A stretch of 64,000 nt of DNA from an uncultured delta proteobacterium (GCA_963716725.1 CAVQUB010000002.1:1-64000), one strand, 5' to 3'. Positions 31,748 to 41,677 are shown, numbered from the stretch's first letter. Numbers and translations: made by a program. The notes: generated from the letters alone by a model not told the origin.

Positions 31748-33900
31748 GCGAGATCCAGGCGAAGAACGAGGACCCGGGCGCCATCTCCGGGCCGGAGCTC
31801 TGTCGCGCCTGCGGGCACGAAAACGTCCTCGCTTCCCGCTACTGCTCCGGGTGTGGCGTGCGACTCGGCTTGGGCGCCATCGACGAGTTCGATGGGCCGT
31901 CGTCCAAGCGCGCGACCGGCTTGGGCGCCTCGACTGAGGTGCGCGCGGCGTCCGACCACGAGGCTCCCATTGCTGACCCGCTGATCGGCACCACCGTAGC
32001 CGGGCGGTATCGCATCAGCGAGCCCCTCGGGCGCGGCGGCATGGGCGTCGTCTACCGCGTGGAGCACGCGCGCATCGGCAAGCTGATGGCGCTCAAGCTG
32101 CTCACAGGTGAGCTCGGTCGCGACCCCGAAATCGTCGCACGGTTCAAGCGCGAAGCGCTGATGGTGAGCAAGCTCAGCCATCCGAACACGGTTCAGGTCT
32201 TCGACTTCGGCGTCGCCGATGGGCTCACGTACCTGGCCATGGAGTACCTGCGCGGCAACGACCTCGGTCACATCGTCCGGCGCGACGGACCCGTCGACCC
32301 CGAACGCTGCGCCAAGATCATGATTCAGGTCTGCAGCTCGTTGGCCGAAGCTCACGGCCTCGGGATCGTGCACCGGGATCTGAAGCCCGAGAACATCTTC
32401 ATTCTGAGCGGCCACTCCGAGAGCGACGTGGTCAAGGTGCTCGATTTCGGGTTGGCCAAGCTCCGCGAGTCTCCCGAGCTCGGCGAGGTGACGTCGCGAG
32501 GCGCCATCGTCGGCACGCCCTATTACATGTCTCCGGAGCAAATCCGGGGTGAGGCAGCCGATCCGCGCAGCGACATCTACTCGCTCGGCTCGCTGATGTA
32601 CGCCGTGCTCACCGGCGTGCCGGTGTTCGACGCGCCCCGACCGATGGGTGTGTTGACGAAACACCTGACCGACCTGCCGGTTTCGCCAAAGTCGCGCTTC
32701 CCCGAGCTCGGCATCCCGATCGGGATCAGCGGGGTCGTCATGCGCGCCCTCGAGAAGGATCCGTCCAAGCGTTTTCAGAGCGTGCACGAGCTGCAGTTCG
32801 CGCTGATCTCCGAGCTGCGGACCGGCGGCGCCACGAGCAGCGTGGAGATCTTGCTCGACTCGGGCCAGATGCACGCGCTCACTCGCAGCGCCGACGACGC
32901 GGTCACCCGCGGCGAGGTCGAGCGATACGAACGAAAGCTGCGACGACGCGGCCTGTACACCTGGGTGTCGCTGCTCGGCATCTTGGGCGCCACCGCCGCC
33001 GCTGGATGGCTGGTGATGGCGCGCACGGGAGCCAGCGACGGCTTCGATGGCAGCGAACGCGAACCCAACAACGCGGCGAGCGAAGCCAACGATCTGCCCT
33101 TCGGCGAGGCAGTGCGCGGCCAGATCGGGCGGCGCATGGATCCCGAGCGCAGCGATCGGGATTTTTACCGCGTAACCATCCCAACGGGCACCACCCACGT
33201 CAGAATCGAGACCACGAGCCTGCCGAACTTGCCGCTCTGCACCTACGTGTACCGAGTTGGCTTCGAGTCGCCCATCGGCCGCTACTGCTCCGGCGCCGCC
33301 GGCCGACCCCTGAAGGTCTCGGCCCTCGAGATCGAAGCCGGGGAACACCTGCTGGCCGTAATGCAAGATCGCGACTCGTACCAAATCGCCGGCGCCCAGC
33401 TGCCCGTACTCGAAAACGTGTCGGACAACTACCAGCTCTCGGTCGGAAACTCGGAGCTCGCGCCGGGGATGGAAACCGAGCCGAACGACACCGCGAAAGA
33501 CGGCGCACGCCTCGCGCTCGGCGCCGAGTTGCGGGGCCGGCTCGATTGGGTACGCGACGTGGACTACGTGTGCGCCGAGCCGGGCGACGGGAAAGTCCGG
33601 TTCGCCGTCGAGGACTCCCCCACTCTCCCGCGCCTCCGCCAGGCTGTGCTGCAAGTCACTCCCGTCGGCGGCCCCGCGAACGGGATCCCGATGCGCCTGC
33701 ATAGCCGCAACGCCAAGCTGCCCGCCGACGCCAAGAACGACGTCGCGGGTGCCTGGACGAGCGAGCCGGCACCGCGCGGGCTCGCCGAGGTGTGCATCAA
33801 GATCGAGCTCGTGCCAAACCCCTACGCCCCACTGCCCCAACCGGTGATCGCCCCGTCGGGCGACGAGGAGTACACGGTCCGTGTCGAACTCAGCCCGTAG
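31744..33900 (+). CDS. Transmembrane Ser/Thr protein kinase with N-terminal zinc ribbon and extracellular PPC-like domains
   Basis: LGRGGMGVVY, ALK, HRDLKPEN, DFGLAK, GTPYYMSPEQ; TM; E.EPN motifs. Confidence 0.92.
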   Translation: MSEIQAKNEDPGAISGPELCRACGHENVLASRYCSGCGVRLGLGAIDEFDGPSSKRATGLGASTEVRAASDHEAPIADPLIGTTVAGRYRISEPLGRGGMGVVYRVEHARIGKLMALKLLTGELGRDPEIVARFKREALMVSKLSHPNTVQVFDFGVADGLTYLAMEYLRGNDLGHIVRRDGPVDPERCAKIMIQVCSSLAEAHGLGIVHRDLKPENIFILSGHSESDVVKVLDFGLAKLRESPELGEVTSRGAIVGTPYYMSPEQIRGEAADPRSDIYSLGSLMYAVLTGVPVFDAPRPMGVLTKHLTDLPVSPKSRFPELGIPIGISGVVMRALEKDPSKRFQSVHELQFALISELRTGGATSSVEILLDSGQMHALTRSADDAVTRGEVERYERKLRRRGLYTWVSLLGILGATAAAGWLVMARTGASDGFDGSEREPNNAASEANDLPFGEAVRGQIGRRMDPERSDRDFYRVTIPTGTTHVRIETTSLPNLPLCTYVYRVGFESPIGRYCSGAAGRPLKVSALEIEAGEHLLAVMQDRDSYQIAGAQLPVLENVSDNYQLSVGNSELAPGMETEPNDTAKDGARLALGAELRGRLDWVRDVDYVCAEPGDGKVRFAVEDSPTLPRLRQAVLQVTPVGGPANGIPMRLHSRNAKLPADAKNDVAGAWTSEPAPRGLAEVCIKIELVPNPYAPLPQPVIAPSGDEEYTVRVELSP

Positions 33901-33901
33901 C

Positions 33902-35077
33902 GTGCGTCTCGCGCTGATCGCCGGGGCGGTGCTCTCGATGGGGCCCGGCGCGCGGGCGGAGCGCATCGACCCCACTTTCCCCCTGAGGCGGGCCGTCGGC
34001 GCACCTGGCGGCGCGCAGCCCATGTTTCGGGTCGACGCCGCCAGGACGGGTCGGGCCCGAGCACCCCTGCCGACGGCCCCCCGAGTGATCTGGCGCGCTC
34101 GCGTCACCGGCGGCCTGGATCTTCCGGTCGTGGTCGATGCGCGCGGGCACGTCGTCGCCGCCAGTCCGATGTCACAGCTCGTGGAGCTCGATCTGAACGG
34201 AAAGCTCTCCTGGTCGCTGAAGACGGGCAGCTCCGCTCCCGTGCAGGGCCCGGTGATCACGACCAACGGCACGCGTTTGATCGTCACCGGCGGCGCCGAG
34301 CTGTGGGGCGTCGCAGCGAACGGGACGCTGCGCGTCCGGCGGTCGCTGCCCGTTCCCAGCGTTCGTGGCGCTGTTCCGCCGCTGGCCACCCGTGATGGCG
34401 GCGTGGTGCTCTCGGTGGTCGGCTCGCTGCTCGCGCTCGACGCAAGCGGGGACGTCCAGGCTCGCGCCACGCAAACCGATCCCGTCGTGACCTTGCTCGA
34501 GCAGGGCGGGCGCACGCTGATCGTCACCGAGCGCGGTGACGTGTTGGAATGGAAGCCCCCTCGCGAGCCGACGAAGCTCGGAAGCTTCGGCGGACGCGTC
34601 GACGAAGGAGCCGCGCTTTCGAGCGCCAACCACCTCACCGCCGTGGTGGACAACGAGCGACTGGTGGACTTCAAGCTCTCGACCAAGACTCGTCACGTTC
34701 GCGCAGTCTCTACCGATCGCTTGCAGGGACCGCCGGCGATCTTGGCCAACGGCGAAAGCCGCATCGCGTCGTTTTCGGGGTTGATGCTGGGTCACGATCG
34801 CACCGGCCTCGAGACCGCCCGGGCGGAGCTCGAACCGAGCAGCGGCACCACTGCGAGCGTTCCGGGCATGTTCCAACCGCCGCCCCTGGTCGTCGATGAA
34901 AAGGGCCGTGTGGCCTTCGTGCGACCAGGCCTCGACGCGGGCGTCGTGCTCGAGTCTGGGGAGCAAAAGACAGCCGCCGGCGCGGCCTGCGGTGACCCGC
35001 TCTCGCTGGCTCCGGCAGGACCAGGGCGTTTCGTGGTCGCTTGCCGCTCGGGACTGATCTTGATGATCGGTCAGTGA
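33902..35077 (+). CDS. Secreted PQQ-like beta-propeller protein
   Basis: Signal peptide; MFRVDAARTG; repeated LD..G...W units. Confidence 0.65.
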   Translation: MRLALIAGAVLSMGPGARAERIDPTFPLRRAVGAPGGAQPMFRVDAARTGRARAPLPTAPRVIWRARVTGGLDLPVVVDARGHVVAASPMSQLVELDLNGKLSWSLKTGSSAPVQGPVITTNGTRLIVTGGAELWGVAANGTLRVRRSLPVPSVRGAVPPLATRDGGVVLSVVGSLLALDASGDVQARATQTDPVVTLLEQGGRTLIVTERGDVLEWKPPREPTKLGSFGGRVDEGAALSSANHLTAVVDNERLVDFKLSTKTRHVRAVSTDRLQGPPAILANGESRIASFSGLMLGHDRTGLETARAELEPSSGTTASVPGMFQPPPLVVDEKGRVAFVRPGLDAGVVLESGEQKTAAGAACGDPLSLAPAGPGRFVVACRSGLILMIGQ

Positions 35078-35926
35078 TACAGCGCGCTAAACAGGATCGA
35101 CAAGCCGTAGGCGCGAGCGCTCTGTCGGACTGTCTGGTTGTCGACGTCGAGATCGCGATTGCCCCGCGCGGCGACCAGGCGCAGGTAGCCTCCGAGGGAC
35201 CAGTTCGGCGAGACCCAGGCGTCGTACCCGGCGAAGAGCGCCAGCCCGGCCCCCTCGTAGGGTTTCTCGTCGAAGCCGGTCCCGTCGTCGTCCGGCTTCA
35301 CGGCGAGGGATGACAGACCGATGACTCCACCGACGTGCAGCCCGCCGGCGGCGTCGAAGTAGCCGTCCACGAAGGGCCCGACCACGACCGCAGAGGCTTG
35401 TCCCGACAGATCGGAGGACTTGCCGCCGGACTCGACGCGAGGATCGCTAGCGCTGAGTCGAGAAGATCCCTCCACCGATCACCAAACCGTCGATGGGCGT
35501 CCCGCCCAGGAGCAGATCGAGGCTCCCGCCGCCACCTTTGACATCGGCCTCCGGCGCGGAGTCCGTGCGCATGCCAAGCCAGCCGCCGCCGAGCGCGACG
35601 CGCAGGTAGAAGCCGTCGTGCAAGTGCGCGCCCGGCTCGTCCGCTTCCTGCGGCGGCGCGGGCGCGACCACGTAGACTCCGCCCGTCGGCGGAGGTGGAT
35701 ACGCATACGCCGGTGCGACGTAGCCGCCCGGCGGCGCGACGTAGCCGCCCGGTGGAGCCGACGGATACGCGGGTGGCAGCGCGGTCCCGGACGGCGCGGC
35801 GGTGGCAGGCTGCGGCGCTGGCGCTGGCGCGACCGGCGCGGGCACGTCCGGTGGGGGCGGCTGCGCTCCGGCCTTTGTCGAAGACATGAGCCACGCGAGC
35901 GCCAGCCAGCCACGAGCGTTCCGCAT
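35071..35926 (-). CDS. Small outer-membrane beta-barrel protein with Pro/Tyr-rich N-terminus; frameshift near 35455
   Basis: Signal peptide, APPGGYV repeats, HDGFYLR motif, alternating strands, C-terminal LFSALYH. Confidence 0.65.
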
Positions 35927-36021
35927 CGACCAACGAGAGCCCGCATCGAGCCGCGCCGTCAAGACCGACCGGCGCTTCGCCCCGCCGGCACCTGACAGAG
36001 CTCGGTGGTATGGTCCCGGGC

Positions 36022-37134
36022 ATGTCTTCGGCTGCCGCCGCTCGCCCCAAACTCTACAGCGTCGCCATCGAGACGACGGCGTACTGCAATCAGAAGTGCG
36101 ACTATTGCTACAACGAGTGGCGCGCAGACGGCGGTTCGTCCCTCGACAAGGGCGATCGGGACAAGCTCTTCTTGCGCGTGCAGAAGCTGCTCGATGCCTT
36201 CGAACTCGACCACGTCACGGTGAGCGGCGGTGAGCCGTTTTCGCACCCGCGCATCTTCGAGCTCTTCGATCTGCTGCGAGAACACGGCGTTTCGGTCCAG
36301 ATCATCTCGAACGGCGGCATGATCACTCCGGCGCTGGCCGAACGACTCGCCCCCTACCGCATCCGATACGTGCAGATCACGCTGAACGGTCCCGACGAAG
36401 CGCTGCACGCCGCGCACGTGGGAGCCGGGCATTTCGAGCGCACCCTGGCTGGGATCCGCGCCCTGGGCGCCGCGGGAGTTCCCGTGGTCGGGTGCACCGT
36501 GGTCACCAAGAAGAACGCCTCCCGCGTGGGGGAGATCCTCGAACTCTTCTCGTCGCTCGGCGTGCGACAGGTCTCCCTCAGCCGATTCAGTCCGGCGGGC
36601 TACGCCGCCCGCTACGCCGGTCAGCTGCTGCCGTCGCGCAGCGACTTCTTGCTCGCCTTCGGGCAGGCGCTTCCCTGGGCCAAAGACCGCGGCATGTCCC
36701 TCTACTGCACCATGCCCATCCCGCCCTGTTCAGTCGACGTGGCCGAGTTCGCTCCCATCCACTTCGGAAGCTGCTCCATCGGCACGTCGATGCAAGAGAT
36801 CGCCCTCGGCCCCGATGGCCGACTCAAGAACTGCACACTGCACAAGACCGCCCTCGGGGGCGTCACCGATATTTTGGACGAGGGCGTCGACGTCGCGAGT
36901 CTGATCGCGTCCCCCGAGCTCACCGAGTACAAACGCGAGACACCGGAGTTCTGCCACGGCTGCCTGCACGAGCACACCTGCGCCGGCGGTTGTGGTGCTG
37001 CCGCCGAGTGGGTCATGGGTCACGCCCGGAAGTTTGCCGATCCCTTCGTGATGCAGCACGTCGACGACGATCTGGCCTCGCGCCTCGAAGCCCAGCGGCG
37101 TGACGGCAAGACCCACCTCGAAGTCATCCTCTGA
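36022..37134 (+). CDS. Radical SAM protein with SPASM domain
   Basis: CNQKCDYC; SGGEP; C-terminal CSIG..IALGPDG.LKNC and CHGC.....CAGGC. Confidence 0.92.
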   Translation: MSSAAAARPKLYSVAIETTAYCNQKCDYCYNEWRADGGSSLDKGDRDKLFLRVQKLLDAFELDHVTVSGGEPFSHPRIFELFDLLREHGVSVQIISNGGMITPALAERLAPYRIRYVQITLNGPDEALHAAHVGAGHFERTLAGIRALGAAGVPVVGCTVVTKKNASRVGEILELFSSLGVRQVSLSRFSPAGYAARYAGQLLPSRSDFLLAFGQALPWAKDRGMSLYCTMPIPPCSVDVAEFAPIHFGSCSIGTSMQEIALGPDGRLKNCTLHKTALGGVTDILDEGVDVASLIASPELTEYKRETPEFCHGCLHEHTCAGGCGAAAEWVMGHARKFADPFVMQHVDDDLASRLEAQRRDGKTHLEVIL

Positions 37135-37138
37135 GCCC

Positions 37139-39307
37139 ATGGCACGGCCCGATCGCCCGCGCGTGCTCTTGCTCTGGCCCGGGGGTTTGTTCGCCGGGGG
37201 TGCCAATTTCGGCGTGCCTCAGCTGCTGATGCTCGCCGCCGCCATTCGGCAGAAGACCGACGCCGAGATCGACGTGGTCGATCTCGACATGGAACGCGCT
37301 TTCGGGCCGGTCGATCTGTCCCGAATCGTGGCCGGCGGATACGACCTCGTCGGCGTCTCCTGCTACTCCTCGTACGACTACCTCAAGGTGATGGCCATCG
37401 CCGCTCGCCTGCGCGAGCTGTTGCCCAAGGCGTGGCTGGTCACGGGCGGCTATCATCCCTCGGCGCGCCCCGACGAGCTCTCCTTCGACGGTTCGCCCTT
37501 CGACTTCGTCGTGGTGGGGGACGGCGAGCGTCCCCTCGCTCGCCTGGTCGAGGCCCTCGCCGCGGGCAAGCGTCCGCTGAACCGGGTGCTGGGCCCGGAG
37601 CCCGTCCCCGAACCCAAGGAGCTCGCGCCCTACGACTGGTCGTTGCTCGAGCGCTACCGCCCCATCGCCCGGCGCATGGCATCGCAGGCCGAAATCTACC
37701 TCTCGCGCGGCTGCCCCTACGACTGCTCGTTCTGCATGGAGAGGGCCAAGCGCGACGTGAGCTGGCGCGCTCTGGAGCCGCTGCAGGCGGTCGAAGAGCT
37801 GCACCGTCTCGATCGCTTCCTCGACCTGTCCCGCTGGACGCTGTTCGTGGCCGACGCGCTGTTCGGAATGAAGCGCGGCTGGCGGCGCGAGTTCTTGAGC
37901 GAGCTCGTGAGGCGCCCGATCCGCGCGCGCAAGACCTGGCTCTTGATCCGCCTGGACTTGATCGAGCAGGAGGACGTCGAGCTGATGGCGCGGGCCAACG
38001 TCGGGCCAGGCTTCGGCCTCGAGTCCGGCGATCTCGGGCAGCTGCGTCGCATCCGCAAGGCGGGCAAGCTCGAGGGCTACCTCGACAAAGTGCTCACGGT
38101 GGCGGAGTGGGCGCGACGCTACGAGGTCGCCTTCGGCGCCAACATCATCGTCGGGCACCCAGGTGAGACCGAAGCCAGCCTGCGAAACAGCGCCCGCTTC
38201 ATGAAGAAGCTCTTCGTCGACCACCCGCGGGGCACTCATGGCTTCCTGTCAGTGGACCCCTTTCGCCTCTATCCCGGCTCCCCCATCGACGAAGAACGCC
38301 CGCGATGGGAACGCGAGACCGGGATGAAGGTGCACCGCTACCCCTGGTGGAACGACGGCGATCAGGACTTCTTGGCCGAGTGGATCGACCCGAGCGCAGA
38401 ACTCGATTTTCGCACCACGGAGCGGCTGCGCATCGAGCTCTTCTCCCCGATCCTCGAGGCGATCCCCCAGCGCTTCGCCTACACCGGCCCGGCGCGGGAC
38501 TACTACATGCGGGCCGTCCGCGAGCAGGTCGATCTGCTCGCGCCTCGACGCCAACTGCGCACGCTGGGTCTGTATCACCTCTGGCGCGGTCTCTCGGGCG
38601 AAGTCGCACCCGGCGCGCGAGCTGGCGAGCTCGCGGCTGACACTGAGCTTGCCGACTTCGCACTGCGCGCCCGGACCTCGACCGTAGAAAAGAAGGGCAT
38701 CGCCGGCGACGACGCCGTGACCCGCGCCTTGCACAGCGTTCCACGCGAGCGCTTCGTGCCCATGGAGAGCATCGGCGAGTCGGCCGATGACCGCGCGCTG
38801 TCGCTGACTGAAGACGGAGGTTCGACGATCTCGGCGCTGCACGCCTACGCCATCGCCTTTCGGGCGCTCGGCCTGGGCCCGGGTGACGACTTCGTCGATC
38901 TCGGCGGCGGTACGGGCTACGGCGCGGCGCTCGCTTCTGAGATCGTCGGCGAGAGCGGCAGCGTGCTCAGCATCGAGTTCGACCCCGATCTCGCGGCGGC
39001 GGCAGTCGCCAACCTGGCGCGCTACCCGCAGGCCCGGGTCCTTGCCGCCAATGCCCACGACGTGGCCGCTTGGGGCGATGCTCAGCGGGTCTACGCGGGG
39101 TTTGCCGTCGAGCAGATGCCCCAGGCTTGGCTCGACGCGCTGCCCGACGGCGCGGTGCTCGTGGCGCCAGTCGGCGCGCCATCGGACCAGACGCTGATGC
39201 GCTACGAACGCACGGCTCAGGGCGTGATCCAGCAAGCGCTCGGAGCCGTCCGCTACGTGCCCGACCGCTCGCGCCTCGACGATCAGGCGGCAGCCATCAG
39301 CGAATAG
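37139..39307 (+). CDS. B12-binding radical SAM enzyme fused to a C-terminal protein-L-isoaspartate O-methyltransferase (PIMT)-like domain
   Basis: Cobalamin-binding domain (DLVGVSC..VTGGYHPS, VVGDGE); SRGCPYDCSFC; GLESG; IVGHPGET; then VPRERFVP..STIS..DLGGGTGYGAALAS..LVAPVG..VRYVP. Confidence 0.88.
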   Translation: MARPDRPRVLLLWPGGLFAGGANFGVPQLLMLAAAIRQKTDAEIDVVDLDMERAFGPVDLSRIVAGGYDLVGVSCYSSYDYLKVMAIAARLRELLPKAWLVTGGYHPSARPDELSFDGSPFDFVVVGDGERPLARLVEALAAGKRPLNRVLGPEPVPEPKELAPYDWSLLERYRPIARRMASQAEIYLSRGCPYDCSFCMERAKRDVSWRALEPLQAVEELHRLDRFLDLSRWTLFVADALFGMKRGWRREFLSELVRRPIRARKTWLLIRLDLIEQEDVELMARANVGPGFGLESGDLGQLRRIRKAGKLEGYLDKVLTVAEWARRYEVAFGANIIVGHPGETEASLRNSARFMKKLFVDHPRGTHGFLSVDPFRLYPGSPIDEERPRWERETGMKVHRYPWWNDGDQDFLAEWIDPSAELDFRTTERLRIELFSPILEAIPQRFAYTGPARDYYMRAVREQVDLLAPRRQLRTLGLYHLWRGLSGEVAPGARAGELAADTELADFALRARTSTVEKKGIAGDDAVTRALHSVPRERFVPMESIGESADDRALSLTEDGGSTISALHAYAIAFRALGLGPGDDFVDLGGGTGYGAALASEIVGESGSVLSIEFDPDLAAAAVANLARYPQARVLAANAHDVAAWGDAQRVYAGFAVEQMPQAWLDALPDGAVLVAPVGAPSDQTLMRYERTAQGVIQQALGAVRYVPDRSRLDDQAAAISE

Positions 39308-40113
39308 ACCAGGCTCCGCTCGTCGTTGCTCAGCGCACTGACGCTCGCGTCCGGAGCGTTGGGTCCGAAGTGCGCCAACCAGCGCAGGTGCTCCAGCCGA
39401 GCGCCGCCGCGCTCCGCTCGGGTCGCGAGCAAGACCACCGCCATCTGCTCCACGCGACGCTCGGCCGCTCGAGCGGCCAGCCCAACTTCACGAACCGTGG
39501 CCTCGTGGGCGGCCTGCCAGGCGACGTGCTGCACACCGGGTCCTCGCTCCAGGTCGGGAGCGCCGATCCAGATCGAAGATCCCCGTACTCGCCCCCGCAG
39601 CCGCAGCGGTCGCAACACCGCCACGGTGCACCGGCCGAGCTCGGGCGCGACGGCGACCAGCTGCGTGAGCGCCGCTTCCAGCGGCGCCCAGTCGAGCGCC
39701 GCGGCGGGCAGGCGGTCGAAGAAGGGCGCCTCGAGCTCGGCAGCGACCCGCAGCAACTCGGCCGCTCGCTCCGAATGCGTCAAGGGCTCGAGCAACTCGG
39801 GTGCATCGACGTCCTCCGCGCGGAGCTCCGAAAGGTCGCGGGTCGCGCAGGCGCGGGCCCGGGCGTGGTCCCGAAACAGCCACGCGACGAGCTGTGCCCG
39901 CGCGAGGTCCTCGTGGCCCGGCGCGAGAACGCCGAGTGCTTCAGCGTCCTCCGCCAGCGTCCGCTCGGAGGCGTCGCCGAGGGTGCGCCTCGAGTGCTCG
40001 ATCCAGTCTGGGTCGTAGACCGAGGCTGGCGCGGCGGCGGAGCGCCGTACGTGGGCGAGCACGTGGAACACCAATTCTGCGTACCTGGGCGGCGTGCGCA
40101 GCAGCAGCGGCAT
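39283..40113 (-). CDS. Hypothetical protein with degenerate zincin-like HEATV motif
   Basis: GC3-rich ORF; FHVLAH near the N-terminus, QAAHEATV..RRVEQ near the C-terminus; 3' ends overlap the rSAM-PIMT gene by 25 bp. Confidence 0.65.
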   Translation of the reverse strand: MPLLLRTPPRYAELVFHVLAHVRRSAAAPASVYDPDWIEHSRRTLGDASERTLAEDAEALGVLAPGHEDLARAQLVAWLFRDHARARACATRDLSELRAEDVDAPELLEPLTHSERAAELLRVAAELEAPFFDRLPAAALDWAPLEAALTQLVAVAPELGRCTVAVLRPLRLRGRVRGSSIWIGAPDLERGPGVQHVAWQAAHEATVREVGLAARAAERRVEQMAVVLLATRAERGGARLEHLRWLAHFGPNAPDASVSALSNDERSLVYSLMAAA

Positions 40114-40205
40114 GAAAAGGCCCCGTAGCACGAACGGCCCGGCTAGCGACTGGCCCCCACGTCGCCTATACTGTCCCGGAACGGACCAGAGGTCTGGGAG
40201 CAACC

Positions 40206-40529
40206 ATGATTTCGATCACCAACCTAGCAGCGGAAAAAGTGAAGGAAATTGCAGGCACCGAGGGCCTCGACGGACAGGGGCTCCGGCTCCGGGTCATCGG
40301 CGGCGGGTGCGCTGGGTTCCAGTACGACCTCTATTTCGAGGACAAGCCCACCGATATGGACGAGCGATTCGAGTCCAACGGAGTGCTGCTGTTCATCGAT
40401 CCGCTGAGCTACCAGTACCTCGACGGTACCGAAATCGACTACGTCGACGGCGTCCACGGCGCGGGCTTCAAGTTCGGAAACCCGAACGTGACGGGCTCTT
40501 GCGGCTGCGGCTCGTCGTTCAACGTCTGA
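40206..40529 (+). CDS. erpA: A-type Fe-S cluster carrier (ErpA/IscA/HesB family)
   Basis: GGGCAGFQY and NPN...SCGCGSSF. Confidence 0.9.
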   Translation: MISITNLAAEKVKEIAGTEGLDGQGLRLRVIGGGCAGFQYDLYFEDKPTDMDERFESNGVLLFIDPLSYQYLDGTEIDYVDGVHGAGFKFGNPNVTGSCGCGSSFNV

Positions 40530-40681
40530 GCTGACCCGCGCTCGTCCACCCACCTCGGCAGGGCCCCCCGGGCCTTTGACCGAGCGTCTGGTATTTCTGC
40601 CCGGCCATCCAGCCGCGCAACCGGAACGAATACGCGCCGTAATTCCCACAGATCGCCGGGAATGCCCCGGTGGGTTGTCGG

Positions 40682-40714
40682 TTGACAGAAAGTTACGTTA
40701 CGTGATGTTATCTA
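40682..40714 (+). promoter_or_regulatory. Putative sigma-70-type promoter of the sigma factor gene
   Basis: TTGACA followed by an AT-rich spacer with GTTAC repeats and TGTTATCT. Confidence 0.45.
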
Positions 40715-40788
40715 TCGATGGGCGGTGCCGTTTGACCCGGACTCCACCTCGACGAGACCTAGACAAGACCTGAGCAAAACGAGGACCC

Positions 40789-41670
40789 ATGGCTCGCGAA
40801 ATTGACTCCTCCCTTTCCCGCTACATCACCCTGGTGCACCGGTACCCCAAGCTCGACCGAGAGCGAGAGCAGGAGCTGGCGAAACGCTGGGCAAAGACCG
40901 GCGATCCGGCTGCCGCCGACGCGCTGATCCGCGCGCACCTGCGCTACGTCGTCGCCATCGCGCTGAAGTACCGGCGCTACGGCGTCCCGCTCACGGAGCT
41001 GATCGCGGAGGGCAACTTCGGGTTGGTCCACGCGCTGAAGAAGTTCGAGGCCAAGCGCGGCAATCGCTTCGTGACCTACGCCGCCTACTGGATCCGGGCC
41101 TACGTCCTGGGCTACGTGATCAAGTCTTGGAGCCTCGTGGGGGTCGGCTCAGGCGCGCTGCGCTCGAAGCTCTTCTTCAAGCTGCGAAGGGAGCGCACTC
41201 GCATCCTGAATCTGGTCGGGGACCAGGAGCGCACCAACGAGATCTTGGCCGAGAAGTTCGGAGCGTCACCCGCGCAGATTGCCTCGATGGTGCGTCGGCT
41301 CGAGACCCGCGACGTTTCCCTCGACGGGAAGGTGTTCGACGACTCGTCCACCACCTTGATGGACACGCTGGTGTCCGGGGAGCTCGATCAGGAGGCGAGC
41401 CTGTCTTCCGACGAGAACCGCGACGAGGTCAAGAGCGCGGTCAAGCGCGCGGTGCAGGATCTCGACGTGCGCGAGCGCTACATCGTGGAAAAACGCATGA
41501 TGGCCGATGCTGAGGACGAGCTGTCGCTCGCCGAAATCGGCCGACGACTCGGGGTCTCGCGCGAACGCGCCCGGCAGCTCGAGGAACGCGCCAAGAAGAA
41601 GCTGCGCCTGCGCATCGCCGAGATTTCCCGCGAAGAGGGCTCGCGCCTGAATCTGGAACACGCGGCTTGA
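40789..41670 (+). CDS. RpoH/sigma-32 family RNA polymerase sigma factor
   Basis: LIAEGNFGL..A.KKF...RG.RFVTYA.YWIRA, RpoH-box-like KLFFKLR, LGVSRERARQLE. Confidence 0.88.
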   Translation: MAREIDSSLSRYITLVHRYPKLDREREQELAKRWAKTGDPAAADALIRAHLRYVVAIALKYRRYGVPLTELIAEGNFGLVHALKKFEAKRGNRFVTYAAYWIRAYVLGYVIKSWSLVGVGSGALRSKLFFKLRRERTRILNLVGDQERTNEILAEKFGASPAQIASMVRRLETRDVSLDGKVFDDSSTTLMDTLVSGELDQEASLSSDENRDEVKSAVKRAVQDLDVRERYIVEKRMMADAEDELSLAEIGRRLGVSRERARQLEERAKKKLRLRIAEISREEGSRLNLEHAA

Positions 41671-41677
41671 AGAAGCG

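Noticed and set aside
31657..34686. Long antisense ORFs (1009 aa here; also 2201-4366, 18209-20257, 52531-54345)
   Set aside because: Shadow ORFs opposite well-supported genes, as expected in high-GC DNA
35660..35860. APPGGYV repeats as precursor peptide for the neighbouring rSAMs
   Set aside because: They lie in the Pro-rich N-terminus of a secreted barrel protein on the opposite strand; there is no evidence of a link
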